In this document: positions 47,168-57,203 of the stretch, one piece after another | Layout: every line of letters begins with the position of its first letter | How positions within the stretch are numbered: the stretch's first letter is position 1 | Assembly: GCA_965219995.1 (NCBI GenBank) | Contig: CBDCOX010000002.1 | Location: 1,088,001 to 1,152,000, forward strand | Origin: Candidatus Latescibacterota bacterium | Lineage (GTDB): Bacteria > Latescibacterota > UBA2968 > GCA-2709665 | Direction: 5' to 3' | DNA length: 64,000 nt | Position numbers and translations under genes: made by a program | The notes under the pieces: model-generated | What the model saw: the letters and a program-made list of their open reading frames with translations, nothing else | Told to the model about the DNA's origin: nothing | Database searches by the model: none

Positions 47168-50100
47168 TCAGTCGGGTATCTCCGGCGCACGCGGCAAACC
47201 CGAATTGCCCGGGTCCAGCAATTCCTTCAGAAAACGGCCCGTATGCGACGCATCGACCTGAGCCACTTCCTCAGGTGTGCCTTCCGCGACCAGGTACCCG
47301 CCATTTTCACCGCCATCCGGCCCGAGGTCGATGATCCAGTCCGCCGTCCTGATGACATCGAGATTGTGCTCGATGACGATAACCGTATTGCCGGCGTCTA
47401 CAATCCGGTTCAATACGTCGAGCAGTCTGGCCACGTCGGCAACGTGCAATCCGGTGGTGGGCTCATCCAGCAGATACACGGTCTTGCCGGTATTCGGCCG
47501 GGCGAGTTCTCTGGCGAGTTTGACCCGTTGCGCTTCTCCGCCCGACAGGGTGGTGGACGCCTGCCCCATCCTGATATATCCCAATCCTACGTCCGCCAGC
47601 GTCTTGAGCGTGCGACGGATACCCGGCACGTTTTCGAATTGCCGCAGCGCCTCGTCTACCGTCATCTCCAGCACGTCGGCAATCGACCGGCCCTTGTAAA
47701 GTACGTTCACCACATCCCGGTTGTACCGTTTCCCGTGACAATCCTCGCAGGTAACCCAGACATCGGGAAGAAAATGCATTTCGATGCACCTCGATCCCAG
47801 GCCCTTGCAGGCCTCGCACCGGCCCTTCCGGTGATTGAAGCTGAAGTGCCCCGGGGAAAACCCCCGGATTCGCGCATCGGGCAACTGTGCGTAAAGTTTC
47901 CGAACCCTGTCGAACACCTTGACGTAGGTCGCCGGGTTGCTGCGCGGCGAAAAACCGATCGGGGACTGATCGATATTGATCACCTTGTCGATGCCATCCA
48001 TCCCCCGGACGTCGTCGTGATCTCCGGTAACCCCATGGACGCCATTCAACCTCGCCGCCAGCGCCCCGTAGAGGACGTCGTTCACAAGCGAAGACTTTCC
48101 CGAACCCGACACGCCGGTGACGCCGATCAGCATCCCCAGCGGAAATCTCACGTTCAGATCCCTCAGATTGTTGTGACGGGCGCCCACCACCTCCACGCAC
48201 CCTTTCAGTGCCAATCTCCGAGGCGGCGAGGCAATGGCCAGCCTGCCCGCCAGATACTTCGCCGTCAGGGAACCGTTCTCCGTGCTCAGGCGTTTCGGAT
48301 GCCCCTCCGCAACCAGCATTCCTCCGCGGGACCCCGCGCCGGGTCCGAAATCCACGATGTGGTCTGCGGTTTCCAGCGTTTCGCGGTCGTGCTCGACCAC
48401 GACGAGGGTATTGCCGAGGTCCCGCAACCGGGCCAGCGCGGCAAGCAACCGGCGATTGTCCCGCTGATGGAGTCCGATGGTAGGTTCATCCAGCACGTAG
48501 AGCACACCGGTCAGCCCCGACCCGATCTGGCTGGCCAGGCGGATCCGCTGCGCCTCGCCGCCGGACAACGTGGGCGCCCTTCGCGAGAGCGACAGGTAAC
48601 CCAACCCGACTTCATGCAGGAACCGCATTCTGACACGGATTTCCTGGATGACCTCTCCGACTGCGTCCAATTCCGGGCCGGTCAGTTCCAGATCTTCAAG
48701 CCAGCGCCTTGACAATTCGATGGGCAGATCGACCAATTCGCAGAGTGTGGTACCGCTCAAACGGACGGCGGCGCTTTCCGGCTTGAGGCGCGCGCCTTTG
48801 CACGCAAGGCACGGCACGTCTTCCACCAATTCTCCCAATTTCTCGCGAAACCGCGGGGACAGCCTTACCAGTTCCTCAAGCGAATTGAACAGTCCCTTGT
48901 ATCTGAAACGCAGGCCGTCAGCATGCGAAAGCCATCGTTCTCCCGTTCCGTAAAGCAGAACTTCCATTGCCGATTGAGACATCTGTACGACCGGCGTCTC
49001 GAGGTCGAATGCACCGGCATCGCCTACCGCACGCATTATCGCCGCCAACGGACCGCCTTTCAGTCTGCCGAGAACCGGCACGGCCCCTTCGGCCAGGGAC
49101 TTCCGGGGGTCCGGAATCAGCGTATTCTTTCCCATCCCCTTCTGGGTTCCGAGTCCCTCGCACGAGTCACACCAGCCTTCATGGTTGTTGAACGAAAGGT
49201 GCTGCGGGGTTATTTCGTCGAAACTCCTCCCACATTTCGGGCAGGACAGAACCTGGCTGAATCTGGTTTCCTCAACATCGTCCGGGGACGCCACGATGAC
49301 CACACCGCCTGACAACTCCAGGGCTTTTTCAATCGAGTCCGCAATGCGCTTGCGCACGCCGGGTTTGAGCGTGACGCGATCCACCAGAATCTCAAGGCTG
49401 TGCGACTGACGATAGTCGATCTCGGCTGGCGTTTTCAGCTCGAACACCTCGCCGTCCAGCCGGCCCCTGAGGTATCCCGCCCGCGAGGCCCTGGTGATCA
49501 AGACGTCGTAATCCTCACCTCTGCCCGGCCGCTGCGGGCTCAGCAGATAGATGCGTCTTCCGGAAGGCATTCTCAGAATCCGGTCGACGATTTCCTGAAT
49601 GTCCAGCGCCCCCGCCTGCACGCGGCAATCCGGACAATAGACCTTTCCGACCAGCGCGAACAGCGCCCGCAGGTAGTCATATACCTCCGTTACCGTGCCG
49701 ACGGTGGAGCGGGGATTCCTGCTGGCCGCTTTCTGCTCGATGGCGATGGCGGGCGACAACCCGGTCACTCGCTCGACCTTCGGCTTGGGCAGTTGCCCCA
49801 GGAACTGCCGTGCGTATGCCGACAAAGACTCGACATATCGCCGCTGACCCTCGGCGAATACCGTGTCCAGCGCCAGCGAAGACTTGCCGGATCCCGATAC
49901 GCCCGATACGACGGTCAGTTTCTCCCGTGGAATCCGCACATCCACGTTCCGAAGATTGTTCTCCCGGGCGCCGGCGACCTGGATTTCACGAATCAGCCCC
50001 CTGTCCCGGCCTCGAAGCTCCGATGCGCCGTCGTGCCGGACCGGATCGAAGCCCTGCCGCAACGCCGGACGCAGAGACCGGCCGGTGAAAGATCGTCTTG

Positions 50101-52867
50101 ACCGCGCGATGTGTTCCGGGGTACCTTCCGCCACAACGTACCCACCCGATTCTCCGCCTCCGGGTCCCAGGTCGATTACCCAGTCCGCCGTCTTGATAAC
50201 ATCCATGTTGTGTTCGATCACGACGACCGTATTGCCCAGATCCACGAGCCGGTGCAGCACCTTCAGCAGACTCTGTATGTCTGTAAAATGCAAGCCTGTC
50301 GTAGGTTCATCCAGAATATAAAGTGTAGATCCTGTCTGTTTGCGGCACAACTCTTTAGACAACTTCACACGTTGAGCTTCGCCACCGGACAACGTTGGCG
50401 CGGGCTGCCCCAGCTTAACGTAGCCCATGCCCACCTCGACCAACACCTCGAGAATCCGATGGATCTGCGGCACCGCATCGAAGAAGGCACATGCCCGCTC
50501 CACCTCCATATCCAGCACTTCCGCGATGGACGCCCCCCTGTACCGAACTTCCAGCGTCTCCCGGTTGAATCGCCGCCCCTCGCATACCGGGCACGTTACC
50601 CATACGTCGGCGAGGAAATCCATTTCAACGAGATTGGCGCCGTTCCCGCTACAGGCTTCGCATCGGCCGCCCTTTACGTTGAAACTGAACCGGCCGGGGC
50701 GGTACCCTCTCACCCTGGACTCCCTGAGCTCCGCGTACAACGCTCTGATCGGGCCGAATACACCGGTGTATGTGGCGGGATTGCTTCTGGGCGTGCGGCC
50801 GATGGGCTGCTGATCGATCTCAATCACCTTATCCAGGACGTCGAACCCTTCGATGCGGTCGAAAGCACCGGGTTCCGTTTCGGCGCGGTTCAGTTCTCGC
50901 GCCAGCGTTCGATAGACGATGTCGTTTATGAGCGAACTCTTTCCGGAACCTGATACCCCGGTTACGCAGTTGAATACTCCCAGGGGAAGTTCGACGTCGA
51001 ACCCCTTGAGGTTGTTATGTCTCGCACCGAAAACGGCGAGACACTGTCCTTTCCGCGCCCTGCGGTCAGGTATGGCAATCGATCGTCTTCCGGAAAGAAA
51101 GGCGCCAGTACTTGACCGCTCCGACAGCGCGATCTTCCGCCAGGGTCCGCAGGCGACAACCTCCCCGCCCTGGTGACCGGCACCCGGTCCGAAATCCACA
51201 ATCCGGTCCGCCCGTTTCATCGTCTCCTCGTCGTGCTCCACCACGATGATCGTGTTTCCCGCGTCCCGCAGCAGGCACAGCGCGTCCAGCAGCCTTTTGT
51301 TGTCGCGCTGGTGCAGTCCGATCGAGGGTTCGTCCAGAACGTAGGTTACTCCGACCAGACCGCTTCCGATCTGCCCCGCCAGCCGGATGCGCTGGGCCTC
51401 GCCGCCGGAAAGGGTCGGCGCCGTCCGGTCCAGTGTCAGGTAATCAAGCCCGACGTCGAGCAGGAATCTGAGCCGACCCAGGATCTCCTTGAGCGCATCC
51501 TCCGCGATCATCCGCCGGGTCGCCGTCAGGTTCAGTCCGTCGAAGAACGCGAAGGCATCCGCAACCGACATCGCCGCGGCCGCCGGCAGCGACGTACCCT
51601 CGATCGTCACCGAAGCGGCTTCGGCTCTCAGACGCACGCCCCGGCATGACGGACACCTCCCCGTCCGCATGTAAGGACCGAGCTTTCGCCTCCACGCCGG
51701 TGAACCCGCTTCCGCGTACCGGCGTTCCAGAGGTGGGAAAATTCCCTCGAACGAATCGTGATGCGTCCAGACACGGCCATCCCGCCGCTGCCATTCCAGC
51801 CGGATGCGGTCCTTCACGCCGTACAGCAGTTCCTCGCGAGCAGCCCCGGATATTTCCCGCCACGGCGTATCGACGTCCGCGCCATGACGCTTCAATACGC
51901 CGTTGTAATAGTGTATCTTCCAGCGGTTCCGCGGTTCGCCGAGCGGCGCGATCGCCCCTTCCATGACCGACAGGGCGTCGTCGGGTACCGAACGCTTCGG
52001 ATCCAGGGCAATCTGAGTACCGAGACCCTTACAAGTGGAACACATTCCCTGCGGATTGTTGAAGGAAAACAGCTGAGGCGTGGGCTCCGTTGCGCTCAAC
52101 CCGCACTTCGTGCAGGAGAAGTTGGAACTCAGCAGCAGATCCTCACCTTCCTCGAATCCCACGATCAGCGTACCGTTGCCGAATCCCAGTGCTGCATCCA
52201 CCGCTTCCCCGATACGCCCATGTCCATCCGCCCGTACGACAATACGATCGACCACAAGGTCGATATCGTGCCGGATGTGTCGTTCGAGTCGCTGCGATTC
52301 CGCAAGCTGTACCATCCGTCCATCGACACGGACACGGAGATAGCCGTCCCGCTGCAAATCCTCGAACAGATCCTGGTACTCCCCTTTTCGCCCGCGGACG
52401 AGCGGCGCCAGGACAGAGATCCGTGTTCCGACACCCAGCGCCATGATCCGATTCACAATGCCGTCGCGTGTCTGACCGCCGATCGGGGTCCCGCACGACA
52501 CGCAATGCGGCTCGCCAACCCTTGCATAGAGTACGCGAAGGTAGTCGTAAATCTCCGTCATCGTGCCCACCGTAGACCTGGGATTCCGTACGGCAGCTTT
52601 CTGCTCTATAGACACCGTAGGCGAAAGGCCTGTAATCCGGTCGACGTCGGGCTTTCGTATCTGACCCAGAAACTGGCGGGCATAGGCGGAAAGGGACTCG
52701 ATATATCGACGCTGGCCTTCCGCATAGATCGTATCGAAGGCCAGCGACGATTTCCCGGAGCCCGAAACCCCTGTGAAACAGATCAGTTGATCTCTCGGCA
52801 AGGTCAGGTTCACATCCTTCAGGTTGTGAACCCGCGCCCCTCTGATGACGATTTCTCGCGTGTCCAT
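47168..52867 (-). CDS. uvrA: Double-length excinuclease ABC subunit A (two fused UvrA modules)
   Basis: Four GVSGSGKSS Walker A motifs, four LSGGEAQR signatures, two EGQRRY motifs and repeated Zn fingers; about 1900 aa. Confidence 0.95.
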   Translation of the reverse strand: MDTREIVIRGARVHNLKDVNLTLPRDQLICFTGVSGSGKSSLAFDTIYAEGQRRYIESLSAYARQFLGQIRKPDVDRITGLSPTVSIEQKAAVRNPRSTVGTMTEIYDYLRVLYARVGEPHCVSCGTPIGGQTRDGIVNRIMALGVGTRISVLAPLVRGRKGEYQDLFEDLQRDGYLRVRVDGRMVQLAESQRLERHIRHDIDLVVDRIVVRADGHGRIGEAVDAALGFGNGTLIVGFEEGEDLLLSSNFSCTKCGLSATEPTPQLFSFNNPQGMCSTCKGLGTQIALDPKRSVPDDALSVMEGAIAPLGEPRNRWKIHYYNGVLKRHGADVDTPWREISGAAREELLYGVKDRIRLEWQRRDGRVWTHHDSFEGIFPPLERRYAEAGSPAWRRKLGPYMRTGRCPSCRGVRLRAEAASVTIEGTSLPAAAAMSVADAFAFFDGLNLTATRRMIAEDALKEILGRLRFLLDVGLDYLTLDRTAPTLSGGEAQRIRLAGQIGSGLVGVTYVLDEPSIGLHQRDNKRLLDALCLLRDAGNTIIVVEHDEETMKRADRIVDFGPGAGHQGGEVVACGPWRKIALSERSSTGAFLSGRRSIAIPDRRARKGQCLAVFGARHNNLKGFDVELPLGVFNCVTGVSGSGKSSLINDIVYRTLARELNRAETEPGAFDRIEGFDVLDKVIEIDQQPIGRTPRSNPATYTGVFGPIRALYAELRESRVRGYRPGRFSFNVKGGRCEACSGNGANLVEMDFLADVWVTCPVCEGRRFNRETLEVRYRGASIAEVLDMEVERACAFFDAVPQIHRILEVLVEVGMGYVKLGQPAPTLSGGEAQRVKLSKELCRKQTGSTLYILDEPTTGLHFTDIQSLLKVLHRLVDLGNTVVVIEHNMDVIKTADWVIDLGPGGGESGGYVVAEGTPEHIARSRRSFTGRSLRPALRQGFDPVRHDGASELRGRDRGLIREIQVAGARENNLRNVDVRIPREKLTVVSGVSGSGKSSLALDTVFAEGQRRYVESLSAYARQFLGQLPKPKVERVTGLSPAIAIEQKAASRNPRSTVGTVTEVYDYLRALFALVGKVYCPDCRVQAGALDIQEIVDRILRMPSGRRIYLLSPQRPGRGEDYDVLITRASRAGYLRGRLDGEVFELKTPAEIDYRQSHSLEILVDRVTLKPGVRKRIADSIEKALELSGGVVIVASPDDVEETRFSQVLSCPKCGRSFDEITPQHLSFNNHEGWCDSCEGLGTQKGMGKNTLIPDPRKSLAEGAVPVLGRLKGGPLAAIMRAVGDAGAFDLETPVVQMSQSAMEVLLYGTGERWLSHADGLRFRYKGLFNSLEELVRLSPRFREKLGELVEDVPCLACKGARLKPESAAVRLSGTTLCELVDLPIELSRRWLEDLELTGPELDAVGEVIQEIRVRMRFLHEVGLGYLSLSRRAPTLSGGEAQRIRLASQIGSGLTGVLYVLDEPTIGLHQRDNRRLLAALARLRDLGNTLVVVEHDRETLETADHIVDFGPGAGSRGGMLVAEGHPKRLSTENGSLTAKYLAGRLAIASPPRRLALKGCVEVVGARHNNLRDLNVRFPLGMLIGVTGVSGSGKSSLVNDVLYGALAARLNGVHGVTGDHDDVRGMDGIDKVINIDQSPIGFSPRSNPATYVKVFDRVRKLYAQLPDARIRGFSPGHFSFNHRKGRCEACKGLGSRCIEMHFLPDVWVTCEDCHGKRYNRDVVNVLYKGRSIADVLEMTVDEALRQFENVPGIRRTLKTLADVGLGYIRMGQASTTLSGGEAQRVKLARELARPNTGKTVYLLDEPTTGLHVADVARLLDVLNRIVDAGNTVIVIEHNLDVIRTADWIIDLGPDGGENGGYLVAEGTPEEVAQVDASHTGRFLKELLDPGNSGLPRAPEIPD

Positions 52868-52894
52868 GAATCCGTCTTTCTCCCTGGTCAAGCT

Positions 52895-53066
52895 TCAGGA
52901 AGAAACCCTGACTCCCTTGATTGCGGTGCCGACCGGCCCTATACTTCGACCCCGTACGTCTGCTCCCTGCCCTCGGACGCGACGAGCAAACCGGGAAACC
53001 GGTTCAGCGTTGAGGTGAATCGTACGGGAAACTGCTCCCTGCGGGTACCGGCACGCGATAGTGGAT
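52895..53066 (-). ncRNA. Candidate structured RNA (uvrA 5' leader or 6S-like rod)
   Basis: Nested complementary segments and two copies of GCAGGGAGCAG, immediately downstream of a predicted promoter. Folded by eye only; strand not certain. Confidence 0.4.
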
Positions 53067-53070
53067 ACGC

Positions 53071-53099
53071 AATATACTATTCAAATGTTCAGGTATCAA
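53071..53099 (-). promoter_or_regulatory. Putative sigma70 promoter for the leader RNA/uvrA
   Basis: Minus strand TTGATA-N17-TATATT. Confidence 0.6.
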
Positions 53100-53214
53100 G
53101 AAAAACCGATCTCAGTGTGTCTTAAAACACGACTGCAACGCCGCGTTTTGCACCGGGCGACGGATTCCTGTAAGGCCCCCTGGAATCCGAGGCGCACCCT
53201 GATTCCAAACGATC

Positions 53215-53249
53215 AAAAGCGCCTTTATCCCCGTGGACAAAGACGCTTT
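53215..53249 (-). terminator. Rho-independent terminator after the STAS gene
   Basis: Minus strand AAAGCGTCTTTGTCC-ACGG-GGATAAAGGCGCTTTT. Confidence 0.75.
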
Positions 53250-53276
53250 CGTATACACTTCCGGTTTGCGGGTGGG

Positions 53277-53630
53277 TTACTCGGGCGGCTGCGTCTTGAA
53301 ACTGGCCACCGCACGGTCCACCGTATCCAGGGTCCGGAAGATACCCGCCAGCTGCGTGACCATCAGAATGCTCTCGATTTTCCGCGTAATGCCCGTGAGC
53401 CGCATATCTCCGCCCGCATGCCGAACCGTGGTCAGGCTGGCGGTCATGACCCCCAGCATCGAACTGCCGAACCACTTCACCTTTGAAAAATCGACAACCA
53501 CCCGGCTGATTCCGTCTTTAACCAGCCGTTTGATGTGGTCGTGAAACTCGGCCACTTCAGGGCCGGACATCAGGGCGCCCGTAACCGTGAGTACGGCAAC
53601 GTCCTCCCGGATCTCCTCATTGATCTTCAT
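53277..53630 (-). CDS. STAS-domain anti-sigma factor antagonist
   Basis: VVVDFSKVKWFGSSMLG, GGDMRL, SILMVTQL; 117 aa. Confidence 0.9.
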   Translation of the reverse strand: MKINEEIREDVAVLTVTGALMSGPEVAEFHDHIKRLVKDGISRVVVDFSKVKWFGSSMLGVMTASLTTVRHAGGDMRLTGITRKIESILMVTQLAGIFRTLDTVDRAVASFKTQPPE

Positions 53631-53730
53631 GGTTCTTCCCCCTCAATGGTTTCTGGTTGCAACCAACCGCTGCATCGTTCGAATTTACACATTTTATACA
53701 TCAGATTCCACGAAGAGTTGCCGCCGTACC

Positions 53731-53759
53731 AATATAATTGCTAATGTGTCAGGGATCAA
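53731..53759 (-). promoter_or_regulatory. Putative sigma70 promoter for the STAS gene
   Basis: Minus strand TTGATC-N17-TATATT. Confidence 0.5.
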
Positions 53760-53884
53760 GCAAGGAATTTCACGGGGTCGGGTGTTTTGGCGGTTTTCGG
53801 CTTGACAAAGCCCTGTTCGACCGCTTATTTATTGACGCCGATCCCGCGACAATGAACATCTCGACAGAAGAGAAGGCAAGCGTT

Positions 53885-54679
53885 ATGGAACTTGGATGCA
53901 GCACAATACTATACGGCGGACAGGACCTGAACGTCGCCCTGGAACGGATACGGTCGGCCGGCTACCGGGCCATCGAACTCTGCTGTATTCCGGGGATGGC
54001 CCCCCATTTGTCCATTGGCGAAAGCGACGCGTATTACCGTGACGTCAGACGCCGGGCCGCGGACCACGAGTTGGAAATCGAATCGCTCGGCGCAAGCGGC
54101 AATCTGGACGACGAGGGCCGCTTCCTTCAGATCCTGGACGCTGCGAACGCACTCGGCGCGCCCCTGGTCACGACGGGCCCGGGGGGTAAACCGGACGACG
54201 AACCGGAGTTCAACGCCACCGTTGAAAGAGTCAACCGTCTTGCGGGCCAGGCCGCCCGCCGCGGCGTCCGGCTCAGCATCAAACCTCACGTGGGCAACGC
54301 TGTATACAACACCGACACCGCGTATCGCTTCATGCAGCAGGTCGATCGACGCCGGGTGGGTATCAATTACGACGCCACCCACGTCTGGCGCAGCCCGCAG
54401 CGGGAGGTGCCGGAGGAAACGATTGGCAGAATCAGCGAATATATCCTTTCGGTCAGAATCCGTGACGTGAAGGGCAGGCAGACCGCCATCGGTCCGGTGG
54501 AAACCCAGGTGGCCGGCAACGGGGATATGGATCTCCACGCCCAGGCGAGCGCGTTCAGGGCGATTCCCGGGCTCGAGTACGCGGTTCTCGAGATCGTAGG
54601 TACGCGGGACATGGGCGTGGATGAGATTGACAGCGTTGTCAGGCGTTCCTACGGTTACTTCAGCCCGCTGTTCGAGTGA
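53885..54679 (+). CDS. Sugar phosphate isomerase/epimerase (xylose isomerase-like TIM barrel)
   Basis: AGYRAIEL, GVRLSIKPH, GINYDATH, VRIRD, GNGDMD, VLE. The usual E-x-H site reads KPH. Confidence 0.85.
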   Translation: MELGCSTILYGGQDLNVALERIRSAGYRAIELCCIPGMAPHLSIGESDAYYRDVRRRAADHELEIESLGASGNLDDEGRFLQILDAANALGAPLVTTGPGGKPDDEPEFNATVERVNRLAGQAARRGVRLSIKPHVGNAVYNTDTAYRFMQQVDRRRVGINYDATHVWRSPQREVPEETIGRISEYILSVRIRDVKGRQTAIGPVETQVAGNGDMDLHAQASAFRAIPGLEYAVLEIVGTRDMGVDEIDSVVRRSYGYFSPLFE

Positions 54680-54769
54680 GAAGATTGGAATCGCGGCGGT
54701 CCACCCCGGGCCTCGATTACCCCCGGTTTCCGGATCAGCGGTTCACCGTTTCCTGCAAGGAGCATTGAC

Positions 54770-55792
54770 ATGATCCGCGTTGGCGTTATCGGCATGCGCG
54801 GCATTGGCAGCCAACATGCGGAAGTTTACGTGAATAACAGGAGTTCAGACCTTGTGGCCGTCTGCGACGTGGTGAAGGAACGGGCGGACAGCGCGGCCGA
54901 CCGGTTTGGCGCGAAGTCATTCTACAGCGTGCCTGAGTTGCTTCGTTGCGAAGAACTGGATGCGGTGAGCGTGGCGACCGGCGGCTTTGAGAACGGGGGA
55001 GACCATTTCGAACCCGCCATCCAGTGCATGGAAGCCGGAGTCGACGTCCTGTGTGAAAAACCCATAAGCAACAACATTCGTCACGCCCGTCAGATGGTCG
55101 AAAAAGCGCGGGAGTGCGCCATCCGTTTCGGCATCAACCTGAACCACCGGTTCGTCCCTCCGGCGGCCAAAGCCAGAGGCTGGATTGAGGAAGGCCGGCT
55201 CGGCCGCCTGCTTCTCATCAACATGACGATGTGGATCGGAAACCCCAACGAGACGTCGCCGTGGTTCCACCTCAGGGCCCTACACCCTCACTCTATCGAC
55301 ATTATGCGATACTTCTGCGGCAATGTGAAACGTGTCCAGGCTTTTCTGAACAAGGCGCCCGGACGAAGCGGAGACCGTGAGACAGTATGCTGGTCCAACG
55401 CACAGATCAACATGCATTTCGAGAACGACGTCGTGGGTCACCTGACCGGCAGTTACGACACCAACCCCGCCCACAACCTTGAACGCTGCGAGGTGATGGG
55501 GACTGAAGGCCGTTTCGTCCTCGACAACTGTTTCGAAGACCTGACCCTCTATCCCAGACGATCCGAGGAACTCACCGTCGTACGTAACTCCATTATGGGC
55601 GGTCTGGTCTTCGAAGACACCTTCCCCAGGCGTATTAACCGATGGATCGAACAGCTGGACGAGGGCGCCCCTCAATCTGAAATCGAAGGGTCGGGCGAAG
55701 AAGGGCTCGCCGTCCAGGAAGTCATCGAAGCGGCCATCCGATCGTGGAAAGAAACCTCGATTGTGGACGTGCCAATCGTACCGGGCGCATGA
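54770..55792 (+). CDS. Gfo/Idh/MocA oxidoreductase
   Basis: VGVIGMRGIG, VLCEKP, NHRF, HPHSID; AAGGAG RBS. Confidence 0.9.
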   Translation: MIRVGVIGMRGIGSQHAEVYVNNRSSDLVAVCDVVKERADSAADRFGAKSFYSVPELLRCEELDAVSVATGGFENGGDHFEPAIQCMEAGVDVLCEKPISNNIRHARQMVEKARECAIRFGINLNHRFVPPAAKARGWIEEGRLGRLLLINMTMWIGNPNETSPWFHLRALHPHSIDIMRYFCGNVKRVQAFLNKAPGRSGDRETVCWSNAQINMHFENDVVGHLTGSYDTNPAHNLERCEVMGTEGRFVLDNCFEDLTLYPRRSEELTVVRNSIMGGLVFEDTFPRRINRWIEQLDEGAPQSEIEGSGEEGLAVQEVIEAAIRSWKETSIVDVPIVPGA

Positions 55793-55863
55793 AGGGGTTG
55801 GCGCCTTCCTGCCACCCTCGGAAAACGGTCGCCAATGAAGTCTCCATCTTCCGTCCAGACAGA

Positions 55864-57111
55864 ATGAAGACCGAACTCAATGGCGTGACTTATCGCCTTC
55901 CCCGGGTTCCGGTAACCGTCATCTGCGTCGACGGCGGAGACCCGGAGTATTTCGAGGCGGCGCGGAATGCCGGGGCGATTCCCACGATCGCACGTTTTAT
56001 GGAAGCCGGGTACAACGGCACTGCCCACTGCGCCATTCCGAGCTTTACCTGTCCCAATAACGTGTCCATCGCCACGGGCGCCCCGCCCGCCGTTCACGGC
56101 GTATCGGGAAATTTCTGTCTGGACCGGCGCACCCGCAAGGCCGTTCCGATGACGTCCCCGTCGATGATGCGTTCGCGGACGATTTTCGACGTCGTTTCGA
56201 AAGCCGGCGTCGAGACGGCCGTCATCACGGCCAAGGACAAACTCCGCAGACAACTCGGCAAGGGGTTGGATGTGGGGAACGGAAACCTCTGTTTCTCATC
56301 CCAGCGAGCGGACCGCTGTACGCTTCGCGAGAACGGCATTCAGGACGCGCTCGGCTGGGTCGGCAGGCCATTACCCGACATGTATTCCGACGCCCTGTCG
56401 CTGTTCGTACTGGACGCCGGCGTCCGTTTTCTCGAACGAGGCAGCCGGCCGCGGCTGGCCTACCTGTCGCTTACGGACTACATCCAGCACAGGTATCCGC
56501 CGGATCATCCCGCGGCGCTCGACTTTTATCGATCGCTCGACCGGCGCTGTGAAGCGCTGGATCGCCTGGGCGCGACCGTGGCCCTCGTGGCCGACCACGG
56601 CATGAAGGACAAGTGCGCACGGGACGGTACGTACAATGTCATCTGGCTGCAGGACGTGCTGGACCGTCGTTTCGGAACGGGAACAACGCGTGTCATCTGT
56701 CCGATCACCGACGCGTTCGTCGGGCATCACGCCGCATTGGGAGGATTTGTCAGGGTTTACTGCTTCGACGAACTGGAGGTTGGCGATGCCATCCGCTTTA
56801 TGGCGTGCATCGACGGGATCGAGGCCGTCATGGAGCGAGCGGATGCGGCGGCCCGGTTCAATTTACCCGTCGACGTGGAAGCCGACGCTGTGGTAATCGC
56901 CGCCGACGCGTTCTGTATCGGCGCCTCCCCGGTCGACCATGATCTCGGGGGGCTGCTCGGCGAACGCCTGCGATCGCACGGCGGCTTTTCGGAGCAGGAG
57001 GTACCGCTCATCCTCAACCGCCCGCTCACCGCGGATTACCTTGCGCGCACCGCGTCGGAACAGCTGATGAATTACCACGTTTTTGAATTGGCGCTGAACG
57101 GCGTCGCTTGA
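55864..57111 (+). CDS. phnA: Phosphonoacetate hydrolase
   Basis: VICVDG, PSFTCPNN, TAKDKLR, PDMYS, TDYIQH, ADHGM, VICPITD..V.HH.ALG, LRSHGG. Alternative in-frame ATG at 55789 overlaps the upstream stop. Confidence 0.9.
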   Translation: MKTELNGVTYRLPRVPVTVICVDGGDPEYFEAARNAGAIPTIARFMEAGYNGTAHCAIPSFTCPNNVSIATGAPPAVHGVSGNFCLDRRTRKAVPMTSPSMMRSRTIFDVVSKAGVETAVITAKDKLRRQLGKGLDVGNGNLCFSSQRADRCTLRENGIQDALGWVGRPLPDMYSDALSLFVLDAGVRFLERGSRPRLAYLSLTDYIQHRYPPDHPAALDFYRSLDRRCEALDRLGATVALVADHGMKDKCARDGTYNVIWLQDVLDRRFGTGTTRVICPITDAFVGHHAALGGFVRVYCFDELEVGDAIRFMACIDGIEAVMERADAAARFNLPVDVEADAVVIAADAFCIGASPVDHDLGGLLGERLRSHGGFSEQEVPLILNRPLTADYLARTASEQLMNYHVFELALNGVA

Positions 57112-57203
57112 GCGCCGCGTCCACGCCAGACGGAGCTTCCGGCAGGACCCGAATCGAAACGACGTTCGGAAATGACGGAACCGAACGACAAGGAGTCGAA
57201 GAC

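Noticed and set aside
52950-53045. SRP (4.5S) RNA, suggested by the CAGG/AGCAG elements
   Set aside because: The domain IV arrangement (CAGG, short stem, GNRA loop, AGCAG) is absent; CAGG and AGCAG are contiguous here.
53077-53093. LexA/SOS box in the uvrA promoter spacer (GAACATTTGAAT on the minus strand)
   Set aside because: Only one GAAC half-site matches. It does not fit GAAC-N4-GTTC, CTGT-N8-ACAG or GTTC-N7-GTTC, and the lineage motif is unknown.
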